A stretch of 64,000 nucleotides of DNA, taken from NCBI RefSeq assembly GCF_018977255.1, contig NW_024704742.1, positions 77,874,001 to 77,938,000 on the forward strand. Reading direction: 5' to 3'. Under the pieces are notes generated by a model. That model ran no database searches. It saw nothing but the letters and a program-made list of their open reading frames with translations, and was not told the origin of the DNA. Source of the stretch: Callorhinchus milii (taxonomy: Eukaryota). Of the stretch, positions 13,436 to 26,100 are shown piece by piece; position 1 is the stretch's first letter, and each line of letters starts with the position of its first letter. Made by a program: the position numbers and the translations under genes.

Positions 13436-15014
13436 TGTTGTCATTGGCAGTGCCTTGGAATACTGCAGAGGCTTGTTCAAGGACAACTGAGATCGACGCA
13501 GAGGAGAGTTGACTGTATTCTGATATTCCATTGCCAAGCATCTAGTTCAGCTCTAAGGAGACTCTGCTTGTGTCCCCTCCAAAGATGTACTTTCAAAATC
13601 AAACCTGGTATTCTATTATAGTCCTGGGGGGTGCACTGTGTTATCAGGCGTGCTGTCCTTTGGATGTTAAACTGAGGTCCTGTCTACCTGTTCAGATGTT
13701 AAAGATCCCATGGCACTATTAAAAAGGAGAAGGGAGTTTCTCCTTGTGTCCTGCCCAACAATTCCCCCAATTAAAATTGGTCATTCATTTCAAGGCTATT
13801 TGTGGGACATTGCTGTGTGGAAATTGCTGCCACATTTACTTATAAAAATACACAGTCACTGCACTATGCAATGAATCCTGTGAAGCACTTTGAGACATTC
13901 TTTTTACATGAAAGGCTTTATATCAAATTCAAGGATGAGTTTTATTTCTTTAAGTGTTTACTGGAATAATGCTTGCCTTTGATGAAGCAAATGTACGATG
14001 GTTTATAACAGGTAATTAGCAGGAGTGTATCTCACCAAACGACCACTCATCTCAGTACTGGGTTTATTCAATTTGCTTGATAACAGGTTTCAAAACAGAA
14101 ACTTTGTAAAGCACTTCATATTGCCACAATTTGATCTCACGTTTGTCTGTGTAAAGGAAGTGGGAATTATAAAATCCACCTATATTGGGTTTTGTACAAT
14201 CGTGTCCATTATTGCACATGCTGCTGTAATATTGCTATTAAGATGATGAATATTGTGAAGGAATAATTGAACAAAGAATGATTATGTGGTCAAAGTGGAT
14301 CATACAGAAAGGTCTGATTTGCGAAGCAGAATCTGAAAAGTCCACTTCACACGCATTTGTAACTGAATCTTCCTTTATTGCCTCTGTTAACACCGTCTGT
14401 TAAATGAACTATTATTACTTTAGCTCCAAGCTGCGTGAATGAGCCTTTGTATTCTGTGCATCATTCTTACAATTGGATTATTGCCCTGACTCATGCCACA
14501 AGAAAAAAACAGACGGTGCATGGTTTTAGCACAAATTGTTTGCAGTTTTGTAGCTAAATAGATTGAGATTGTGAGGAGATTATTTCACACTAGAATGGTG
14601 TTAAATAATTCAATAGTTTGATTTCTGGAATTCCATAAGTAACTCCTACAGGTGGAAGGTGACAGGAATAATATAATTAAACACTGGCTACTGTTTATCC
14701 AGAGTTTTTGAGGCGTTGATATTTTATGAGCTGATTTTTAAAAAAAAAAGTTTGCTTTTTTAAAGGTGTATTGTTAGCAGTGAAAATATTTACTGGCTAT
14801 TTCTATTAGAGATAGCCACAATATAAGCAGGGTCTCCTTGGAGCTAAACTGGCCGCAACGTGACATGCTTGGCGATGGAATGTCGGAATTTGCCAGCCCT
14901 CTTTGGTGGTCTCAGTAGTCTGGTTCTGGAGCCAGGCAGGTCCACAGTATCCCAGGGCACTACTGATGACAGCACAGTGAGCCTGGCTCATTGGCAGGAT
15001 CTGGAAGGGCAGGC

Positions 15015-15392
15015 CGGTCACTGGGGGCAGGGAGTCATCCCACTCAATTCCTGTTAATCCTGCAAGCCAAAGCCCTAATGGATACAGTGGTCCCAGCTAG
15101 ACAAGCAGCGGCAACGTTTGGCAGACAGCGATATCAATGTCTGGTTAGCTGGTTAGATTCCAGCATACTCTGGGGTCCTCAAGCCTTGGCTCTTGCCAAT
15201 CTGCACCTAATACTTTCCAGAATTATGTCAGCAGGATGTGTCCCTCCAGGGAGAGAGTGCACATTCCAACTATCTATTTCTGGGATTTCCATGTGTAGGT
15301 GGGACGCATGGAAACCTCAGCTTGGTTTGGTTGCTCTTAAGCATGGGAATGGGTTCCTGTATGTGTCAGACACCCGGCTGACCAAAAAAAAA
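15015..15392 (+). repeat. Unclassified dispersed repeat; inverted partner at about 11620-11975, shorter copies at about 7610-7655 (-), 27640-27725, 47280-47350 and 49160-49270
   Basis: Shared strings such as ctggttagattccagca, gccttggctcttgccaa, caggatgtgt(c/t)cctccagggagagagt and ctcagcttggtttgg...gtcagacacc, found by eye. Confidence 0.7.
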
Positions 15393-16042
15393 GAGCCACA
15401 ATAGAGAAGGACCCCATTGGGTTTTTGTTAACCCTGCAACCCAAAGTCCTAACGGATAAGACGGTAATGTTTCATACAAATTGGTGTGTTTGAGCAAGTA
15501 TACACACAATCACTACAGACATTTTCAGATCCAGTATTATGTATAACTTATTTTACGGTGCGGCCCACCAAGTGAAGAGTGCTAACTTAAATAGCCCTTG
15601 CAGCCAGATGAGTTTGACACCCCTGTTATAAAAGAATGACAGCCTATCGCCGACAAAATATACAGTCACTATAGTTTACAGTATATTCTCTGAAACGCTT
15701 TGAGACATCTCGACTATGTGATGAGGCTTTTATCAAATTAAATATTATTATTATCTTTTATATTGGATAGGGTCCAATAGCCGTTCTGATCAGTCGACTC
15801 ATCTGCATTGTGTTGGATTGTACTGAATTAAGCAGCAAAGATAGACTTCCTGGGCAAGCTGCCAAATAGACCTACAATATTCCAACAATCTTCTACATCT
15901 GTCCAGCTAACTTGCTGACAATGATGAGTAGGACTTAGCTTCCTTAAAGATACCCATTTTGCTACTATATTTTCCAGCTACCTTGATGACTTGCTTGACC
16001 CAAGCCAAGCAGATTGGACTTGATGCCATGTGTTGGCATCCT

Positions 16043-16368
16043 GTAGAGTCCTGTAGCTCAGTGGTTAGAGCACTCGCTTTGCAAGCGAGAGACCTGAGTT
16101 CAATTCCAGGCCGGGCGAAACCTTGGTCAAGTTTCCTTACTCCACACGCCTAATAATAATCCCTCCAAAACCAAAAACAATAATAAATTGGTCATTTTCG
16201 ATCTACAACTGTTTGTGGGACATTGCTGTGCGCAATTGGCTGCCGCGTTCGCCCACAAATATACAGTCAATTCACTTTACAGTGTATTCTGTGAAGCGCT
16301 TTGGGACGTCCTCCCGACGTGAAAAGCGCTATATCAAATGCAAGGATTATTATTATTATTATTATTAT
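16043..16368 (+). mobile_element. Young tRNA-derived SINE
   Basis: Same head, core and (TAT)n tail. Confidence 0.92.
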
Positions 16369-17106
16369 GTGTTTGTAATGGAGACGAGTTTGCAACATTT
16401 GCATAGCAAACAACATAATTCAATCCCTCTTGACTGGTTTATTGACTTGATCTTTTTAGTGCTGAAAATCGCTCATTATTTGGCTACCTGCTGTCTAGTT
16501 CTGTCTGGCTTTGCAGTGATTTTTGTCACTGTTTGTCTTTCTGATTGGAACTGACCACTCTATAGGGATTAATGTCATCAACAAGCACAACGTGTTGATA
16601 AGAAAATAGTGGAATCATTCAGGCATCTGTAAAGTGATGTTTAAGTAAACGGGTGTTCAATATTCATGACCTAATGCTAGAGGCATCTTTTAGCAGCTCT
16701 GCATATAGCGCAATAGACCAGATTAGCATTGAGGTTGAGTTACCCTTCTCTGATAAAGGTTCTATACATACCACAATCTAATTGTTTATACTGACACTGA
16801 GCCATGTGATAATGGTGCTCACACATGAGGATTACATTTAGAAATTACCAAGGTATCCAGTTTTGAGTATCACAGACATTATTAGAATGTTAAGGGCAAT
16901 TTTGCCAAATTTGTTGACAAATTTTTCATTAAAAATGTTTACAGTATGTAACTTTGTAGGTAGTGGTTTGCATAAGATTGAAGGTGAAACTTATATAAGA
17001 TTTTACACTGGTTGAATAAAGTCTTTTCGAGTGGAGAATGAACCATATTATTTTGTTATTAAATACAGTACCTCATCTATTTTCTTATGGATTTAATAGG
17101 TCCACG

Positions 17107-17187
17107 ATGGGGTTCTTTTTGTCCAAGTCCATGGAAGACAACATGAAGAAACAGCAGGAATTCATGGCAGCAAATGGTGCCCTGCAG
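17107..17187 (+). CDS. PLGRKT: PLGRKT coding exon 1 (exon starts at 17100, ATG at 17107)
   Basis: Acceptor ttaatag at 17093-17099, ATG in the context ccacgATGG, encodes [27 protein letters not shown], donor CAG|gtatga at 17188, phase 0. Confidence 0.95.
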
Positions 17188-20100
17188 GTATGACTTCCCG
17201 GCTCTGTGATACAGTAAACCTCACATAAGGCATTTCAGTTGGGACCATACATGTAACGTGACTTATGCTAAGTATGAGTTCTGTCAAACTTAAGTCATAT
17301 CATATATGATTTGTGTAAAGTTATGTAAAGTTAGATTTTATATTGCTTACACGTAACAAATGCACAAATGCTGAACTGTCTAGTGACATTAAGGCAAGGT
17401 TTCACAATGGAAATTTGCAGACTCATTATTTTCCAGAACAACCATTTTCATGCATTCTTCAACCTGTTTTATTATCTGTGAATGTTTTATTTGAATGTTC
17501 CTGTTGCTTTCCCTGATTTTATTGTGCTTTTCTTGCAGGGGGAGATGATATAAATATGTGAATTATTTTAAGAGTTGAAGGGGGGCTGTGACCTGTTGCT
17601 GCTTGCTGTGTGATCTGCCTGCCAGTATGAAAGTGGAAACAACAAATATGAAAACATTTCTTTTCAAAATTTAATATATTCAGAAATTGTTCCAACGCCA
17701 ACTTTCTCCCCTCCTGACCTAAGGGCACTCAGCGATGGCAATGATCCTGTCTGCCTGTTCAGGTGGGCGTTAAAGATCCCATGGCACTATTTGAAAAGAG
17801 AAGGGATTTTCTACCAGTGTTCTGTCAAAAAATCCCCCAAATAAAATTGGTTACTCACATCGTGGATGTCTGTTGGACATTGCTGCATTCAAATTGGCTG
17901 CGGCATTTGCCAACAAAGTGCAGTCACTCCACTTTGCACTGTATCCTATACATGAAGCATCCTCCAAACCTTTAAAGGCGCTATATCAAATGTAAGAATT
18001 ATTAATATTATCAATAATGTCTGGCTCTATAGGTGCTGAGTGACTTTGCTGAAGTGGCCATTCTCCAGATGTGAACCCAGATGTTCACTTCTATAAAATG
18101 TACTGGAGTGGAGAAGCTGCTGTGTACAACAATAAGATTACATTTGTATAGCGCCTTTCACGTCGGGAGGACGTCTGAAAGCGCTGGAGAGAGTACAGCA
18201 TTTCAGACCTGAGCTGGGGTCAAGGGGGAGAGGGGAGGGGAAGGGGGTGACCGATGGCATGGTCGAAGAGGAGGGTCTTGAGGCGGGACTTGAAGGAGGC
18301 CAAGTAAGGAGTATGGCGGAGTGATTAGGGGATGGAATTCCAGAGGTTGAGGGCAGAGTTGCTGAAGGCTCTCCCGCCAATGTAGGCATTGTAGAGCACT
18401 CAGAGTCATGAGATTTTAGCTCAGACCAGAGATTTCATCAGAACTAATGCTTTTTAGATCCCAGGGAATGTCAGCAGACTACTTGGTTCCAGGATGAGCC
18501 AAGTTTTTATCTTTGCCTGATGTTAAGAGCACTCGTACGCTTCAGCAGGAATTGATGGATAATGATCAGCTCGAACTCTGAGTGATTTTAGATCCTCCCC
18601 AACCCAACATGCTCCTCTTCCCCCTCCCCGGTGACAATGCCTTGTCACAGATGTTGCCCAATAGGTGAGACTTTAAACCAAGGTCCTGTCTGCAAGTCCT
18701 TCAGGGGGACATTGAAAATTCCATGACACTATTCGAAAATATACCTTTTTCCCCCTGTGATTTAGTTATCAATTCTCCACATTCACTTCATGACCGGGTG
18801 TAGGACTTTTAAGGACTCCAAGATGCTACCCACTTGAAAGGAGTTATATAAACACAAGTTATTGTTGTTTAGGGGAGCTTGCTGCGCACATATTGGTGGC
18901 AGAGTTTGCTTACAGATACAGCTACCACACTTGACAACAGTTCCTTGTTCTATGTTAGAGGCTCTATATCAAACACAAGGATTATTACAACAGCAGCAAC
19001 TTGCATTTATATAGCACAGGGTACCATCCCAGAACAGAACTGCAAATATTACTATCTGCAGGTCAGATCGAAGGAAAGAACTACCATTTCATAGCACTTC
19101 ATCATCCTGAAATATCTCTAATGATTTACTGCCATGTGTAGTGACTATTTTGAAGATATTTAGGTGACTTTGAATAGCAGATGGCATATTGACCTAAATT
19201 AATCTATTGACATATTGACCTAAAAACTATTAGCTAAACTTTGTTCTATCTTTACAGAGTTCTATCTGTCTCACCTTTAGAGATGTATGTTAATTGCATT
19301 AACCAAACTTTAATGTACATACCAGATTCTGAGAATTTTAACACCATAGTTTATCATGGGATTTTCTGTCTTATATATTATTGCACAGCACAGACATGCT
19401 ATAAACAATGCATCAGTGATGTGTCAGCCTGGCTCCATGGGTAGCACTCTTGCATCTAAGGCAGAAGGTTGCGGGTTCAAGCCCCCTGGTGGGCTGACAT
19501 TCCATTGCAGTGGTGCGGGTTGCTGTATTGGAGATGCTGGCCTTCGGATGAGACATCCTATCTGCCTGTTCGGGTGGATGTTAAAGATCCCATGGCCCTA
19601 TTCGAAAATTGAATGAATTTCTCCCTGGTTTCCTGGCCAATAATTTCCCCCAAATAAAATTGGTCACTCACTCCATGGCTCTTTGCGGGATTTGCTGTAT
19701 GCAAATTGGCTGCCATGTTCATATACAAAATACAGTCACAACACTTTATAGTACAGGGTGAACAAAAAGTTGTAAAACCATTACTATGTCTAATAAGTCT
19801 TAAAGAAGTTATGATTTTTTTTAGATAATAGGGTAGCTGAAAAACAAGACTTTCTGTATATCATGTGACGTGCTTTGAGAGGTCCTCCCAATGTGAAAAG
19901 CGCTATATCAAATGTAAGTATCGTTATTATAACTAAATCCTGTAGATATTTTAAACATTGCCACGTTTTGTAGTTCATTTTGTTCTGTTTAAAAGCAGTA
20001 GGTGGCACTCTATAATTACACTGAGTTGCAGTGCATAACTGAACCTGAATTGCTCCATTTCTGTAGAAAGAAACTCGAAAGCGTGATGTTTCCAGATATT

Positions 20101-23100
20101 TTACAGTTGTTTCTACAAACTAAATTTACGCACAGCAGGGTCCAACAAACATCCATGAAGTGATTAACCAGGAGAAACTTCCTTTTCTTTAAAAAGTACC
20201 ATATGGATCTTTGACGTCCACCTGAACAGACATACGAGACCTCAGTTTAATGTCTAAAAGACAGTACCTCCAAACAGTGCAGTGCTTCTCCAATAATGAT
20301 AGGCTGACAGTCTCATGAAGGGTCAGATTGGCTCAGTTGGTATGCCTCTCGCCTCTGAGTCAGAAAGTTGTGTGTTCACAAGTAGAAAGGCGCAAAACAA
20401 ATATAATTTTGTATAGTATACAGCGCTGTGGTGAAAGGTGTAGCCAGTGGGGTGGGGGGAGACGGATGTCCGATCAGGGGGACAGGGGAACAGCCAGGTT
20501 TCTGTGAGCCCAAGAATGTCGATGTTCTCATCCAGGATGAGGTCATGGACCGTGAGGGCTTTACTTGGAGGAAGAGGACATTTTGGAGAGAAATGCGAGT
20601 GGGTGAGGTGGTGGAGGAGGGCTTCGCAGGGAGGGTAGGGAGGGTTTTAGGCTCTGGGGGAGAATTCACCGTGGAGGGTGGGGGCGGTGTTTGGAGGGTT
20701 TAAGGATGTGGATGAGGGAAGGGGTGTTTGTGTTTCGGAGGTGGGAGAGGCGGCTGTGTCCAGGAATGTGGGCGATGGGGCAGTTGCGGCGGCTGCTTTG
20801 GGACAACCATCATCGAGAGATACGATGGGCCTGGCGGAGGATATCCAGACTGGAGCAGAGGGAGGCAGTATTGGGGTCCAGGAGAGAGCGAAGGCGAGAG
20901 GGCAGTGGGAGAGAAGAACTGAGTGGGAGTAACGGAGCGTTGGGAGCAGAAGGGGGAGCGTTTTCAAGAGTGGAGATTCGGGTTATAAAATATGAAATAC
21001 CTTCCTCGGTGTTAGTCATTGTTTAACATTGCAAGCAAGTTACTTTCATCAATTCCGTCATTGGAGGCTGCAGTTGCTGACTATGGTTGCCTGTTGCAAA
21101 CAGGCTCTTAATCTTAATCAGTTTTCAACAGTCATGATGTGTTCAATGGTGTTATTTGTGTTCCATTTATTATTCTGTTTAGATTTCACAGCATCATCTG
21201 GCTCCAAGGTTCAAAAGTATTTGAATTATAATTCTTTACTTAACAATTTAGACTGGTGGAAAGGTCACTCACTGGATCATAAGCGTCTATTAAAAATAGG
21301 CGCTTGAGGGTTGTTCATCATCTTTGGATGAGATGTTAAACTGAGATTTAACCAAAGTTTAACATCAGCATGTTAAGTTGGACATTAAAGATTTCATGCA
21401 GTCCTGTAGCTCAGTGGTTAGAGCAATCGAGAGAACTGGGTTCTATCCCTGGCAGGGCGAAATGTTGGGCAAGTTTCCTTATTCCACACACCTCTGTTTA
21501 CTTTGCAGTAAGCAGAAACCCGGTTGTTAGTCGAATGACCAGGAGAAACTTCAGATCGCTTTTCTGGGGGTAATACTTCCTTCAAAAATAATAATAATAA
21601 ATTGGTCACTCAATCCACAACTGTTTGTGGTACACTGCTGAGCGCAGTTGGCTGCTGCGTTTTGCCCACAAAATATACAGTCAATTCATTTTACAGTATA
21701 TCCTGTGAAGCTCTTTGAGACGTCTCGAAGACGTGATAAGGCCCTATATCAATGTAAGTATTATTATTCTTCAAAGAGAGAATTCTCTGTGTTCTGGCCA
21801 AAACTACTCAAGATAAAATTGGTCGTTCACTTCATGGTTGTGTGTGGGACGTTGCTCTGTGCAAAGTGGCTGCTGTTTTCGCCTGTAAATACACAACCAC
21901 TACACTTTACAGTATCTTGTGAAGCTCTCTTGAGAAGTTTTGACAATGTGATTCAGATACAAAGAGTATATATTATACTCCTATATATGTGTATATATAC
22001 TCCTGACAATTTATGGCTGTGGAGCGGAAAGAGGGAAGTTACCTCTGTATCTTCATATTCACACAGTGCTTTGCAATCAGAACAGAGCCAGGGGACGTTT
22101 GCTATTCAAATATTGAAAAAATATACAGGCACTAATCTTTGCAATATATTCTGTGAAGCGCTTTGAGACATCTCAACGACGTGATAAGGCGCTATATCAA
22201 ATGCAAGGATTATTATTATTGTTGTTGGTGTCCCAGTCCCGGAACAAAATATCAACATTTTCCCAAGAATTGCTGATTTTACAGAACATGTTGAGTGTAA
22301 AAACTTAGTAAGCAAATAATCGTTCCAAATAATAATGAATCAGTTCTACCAATCAAAAAACCTTTACAGAAAAATAACTTCTGTTCTTCAGTAATCTTGA
22401 ATTGTTTTTGCTTGCACTTTTACCCAGGACATAACAACTGTGCATTGTAAAATAATATGTCTTGGATTCTGACCCTTTTTAATGAGGGTACAAAGATGCG
22501 GGTGGTGGGAGTAATTAATAATGACTAATTATTTCAATGCCTTTTCGTCCATGTTCCTTCCTCGTTTGTTTTAAACTATTCAACTGTCTGGGTTTGTTGT
22601 CATTTATTGCGTCCAGTATCGAAGTTAGTTGCAAGCAAGAGGACCCGGGTTTGATTCCCAGGCAGGGCGAAACGATAGGCAAGTTTCCTTACTCCACACG
22701 CCTCTGTTTGGCTGGCAACTCCCATTGATTGTCCAACTAGTTTCAGGTCTTTACTACGTGTTATGTTTGACAATACTTATTCTGATAAAGGATCTAATCT
22801 GTATATTTGAGGAAGGAGCCAGTCTGTCCTGTCACCCCTAGCCCCCGCCATGTCTGCAGGCTAACCATAAATGCTTTGCTCCTGTGTTTTGGCGCTCCCA
22901 ACCTGATCCAAGTTGCCCTCCTCCTTCTGCACCCCACACTCCGCTATTCCCACTCAGTCCTTCTCTCCCACCGCCCTCTCGCCTTCTCTCTCTCCTGGAC
23001 CCCATTACTGCCTCCCTCTGGTCCAGTCTGGATATCCCCCATCCCCCAGAGGATTGATTTCAAGATCCTCATCCTCACCTATAAGGCCATTCACGGCCTT

Positions 23101-26100
23101 GCTCCCTCCTACCTCTCTGACCTACTATCCCCCTACCTACCTGCCCGTACCCTCCGTTCCTCCGGCTCCGGTCTGCTCCACGTCCCCCGCCCCAATCGCC
23201 CTACCATCGGTGGTCGGGCCTTCAGCCTCTCAGCCCCAGGCTCTGGAACTCCATCCCCCAGTGCCTTCGCCGCCTCCTCCCTTTCCTCCTTCAAGGCCGG
23301 TCTCAAGACCTTTCTCTTTGACCGTGCCTTCAGCTCCCCTCTCGACTCTCTACCCCCTCCTCGCTCCCTCCCATCCCTCCCCTCACCCTGACCATTTCCC
23401 CCCTCCTCGCTCCCTCCCTTCCCTCCCCTCACCCTGACCATTTCCCCCCTGCTCGGGTCCTGACCCAACTGTTCAGCGCCTTGGGACGTCCTCCTGACGT
23501 GAAAGGCGCTTTATAAATGGAATCTTGTTGTTGTTGTTGATATCCTCCGCCAGGCCCATTGTGGCTCTCGATGATGGTTGTCCCAAAGCAGCCGCCGCAA
23601 CTGCCCCATCGCCCACACTCCTGGACACAGCCGCCTCCCCCACCTCCGAAAGGCAAACACCCCTTCCCTCATCCACATCCTTAACCCTCCAAACACCCCC
23701 CCACCCTCCACGGTCAATTCTCCCCCAGAGCCTAAAACCCTCCCTACCCTCCCTGCGAAGCCCTCCTCCACCACCTCACCCACTCGCATTTCTCTCCAAA
23801 ATGTCCTCTTCCTCCAAGTGAAGCCCTCACGATCCATGACCTCATCCTGGATGAGAACATCGACGTTCTTGGGCTCACAGAAATCTGGCTTTTCCCCTGT
23901 GACTCTGTCCCCCTGATTGGATGTCTGTCTGTCTCCCCCCCACTGGCTACACCTTTCACCACACCCCACCCAAACCAACACTCATCCAGGACTGTCTCCA
24001 AGTCTACCCGCTCCCCCGGTATAACAGTCACTTCCGCTCCCTCAAAACGAAAACCCAAACGCTCGAACGCAGATGACATAAATCTGGCCTCACAATCCAC
24101 TGCCAGCTGTGACTCAAGGATTTCCAAAACTATTTTAGAGACAAAAAACAACTCACAGTCACTGTTTCCACCATCCATCACCTCCTCCGCGCACCCCCCA
24201 AGCTGCCTCCATCCTCACATCAAACGTCAAGTGTGAAGTGTTCCAAGACTTCATTGTGTCAAAGATTGAAAATATTTGCTTGGCTGCATCCGCCTCCCCT
24301 ACAACCCCTTCCACACACCCCTAACTATCTACATCACCCCCTCCTTCCGCCACAGCCCCTACCACTCCCCCCTCTCTAAAATCCTTTGCCCGAATTACTC
24401 CCTCCTCCCTCTCAACCACCATTTCCCATATGAAGCCTACAGCCTGCTGCCTCGACCCCCTTTCCACCCAGTTACTGGTCACCCACCTCCCACTCCTCTC
24501 CCCTCTGCTGATTGACACAGTCAACCAGTCGCTTTCCTCAGGTTCTGTTCCCCTCACCCTCAATTTTATTTGGGGGATTGTTGGCCAGGACACCTGGATC
24601 TTAAACGTCCACCTAGAAGTTAAACATCTATTATTATTCATTATTCAAAAAGAGACTGGACCTCGGTTTAATGTTTCATCCGAAAGGGAATTTTTGAGCA
24701 GAATATTTTCTGTTCAAAGTGCTCCCTCCAATTACATGATAAAATAATAAAAACAGAAGTCACTGGGAACACGCAGCAGGTCAAGCAGCATCTACGGAGA
24801 GAGAAAAATGAGTTAACATTTCAGGTCCATAAGCTTCAGGTCCAGATAGATGCTGCCTGACCTGCCGATTTAGACAAAGATCATTTCATAAGCAAGTTAC
24901 CTTGATACATGTGTCGCAGTGACTGTAGCATACAAAAGGACCAATATTACCCAATCCTTGCGGGAAGCGAGTTGACCGTGAGTGTCTTGCCCTTCTCTTG
25001 TTCCTCACTACCATAAGCTATATTACGCGTGCCAGTTTTATACCTTAACTTTTACACCTTTACGTTTTACCCAAATATGATTAAACCCTGCACAATATCA
25101 ATTCAGTCTGAATCAGCGGCTGACCTTAAGTTGGGGCAGCAGGCAGAGTAGGGACACTGATATTAGGAATTCCTGCTGTCTCTGCTGCTTTGATTCTAAC
25201 CGAAGGCTCCTCTCACTTGCATTTCATGTTTACGAGATCATTTTCTCACAATGCCTCTGCCTAGCTTAACATGCCATTTTAGCCCCCTTAATTGCTATAG
25301 CTTTTCTCATTGAATATTATTTTTAATTTCTGCAAAAGAATGTAAGTTTACAGTCCCCACCTTGAGAGGGAGAAATATATTGCGACCTCTCACCTGATGC
25401 CATTGCTGCAACAATTGTTCCCGCTTGATGGATGTTATGATAAGAATGAACTCACATCTGTTATGAATGATAAGGATGGATTAAAGAGCACAAATAAAAG
25501 TACATACAGATCTGCAATAAAAATAAAAAAGCGACGAGTATACAGGCAGCCTGAAAAATACTGTCCCACCATGAGTATCCATACATCAATTCTATTTTGT
25601 ATCTAATTTAAGCTCCTGAGCCTTCACCTTCAGCTTTCCGTATTGATTGCACACTGTTACTAACCCAGAAAGTGGGAATGTTGATATAGCTGTTCCTCGG
25701 AGGTCCAGCTGATATCTTGGACTCAGTATACCTGTAGAAAATGGTTGTTTGAAGAATACCTTGGTATTAGTAATCGCATTCTTAAGACTGCCAGAGATTT
25801 GTCTACGCTCTCAAGCTGTGCTAGACTCTAATAATATGGGTATAAGGAATAGGTAGATTGTCGCAGATTCAGATCTTCCACTTCCATGGTCCCGGGATCC
25901 TAAACTGTAAAGCGCTCTGAGACGCGTGGCGGGCACTGTATAAATCCAAGTTGTTGTTGTTCCACTTGGTACACACAATGGTTTACCATGTCGGATGCTG
26001 TATCCATGTACCATTCGCTCTTTCCGTCTTGTGTCATGTAAAATGCCTGCTGTTAACATTGTCGGAAAAGCAGTGACACATGTCACTGCTTCTCAGTTGC

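Noticed and set aside
14955..15012. CTGATGA hammerhead-like box
   Set aside because: The partner box reads GAAG rather than GAAA, and I could not build stems I and III.
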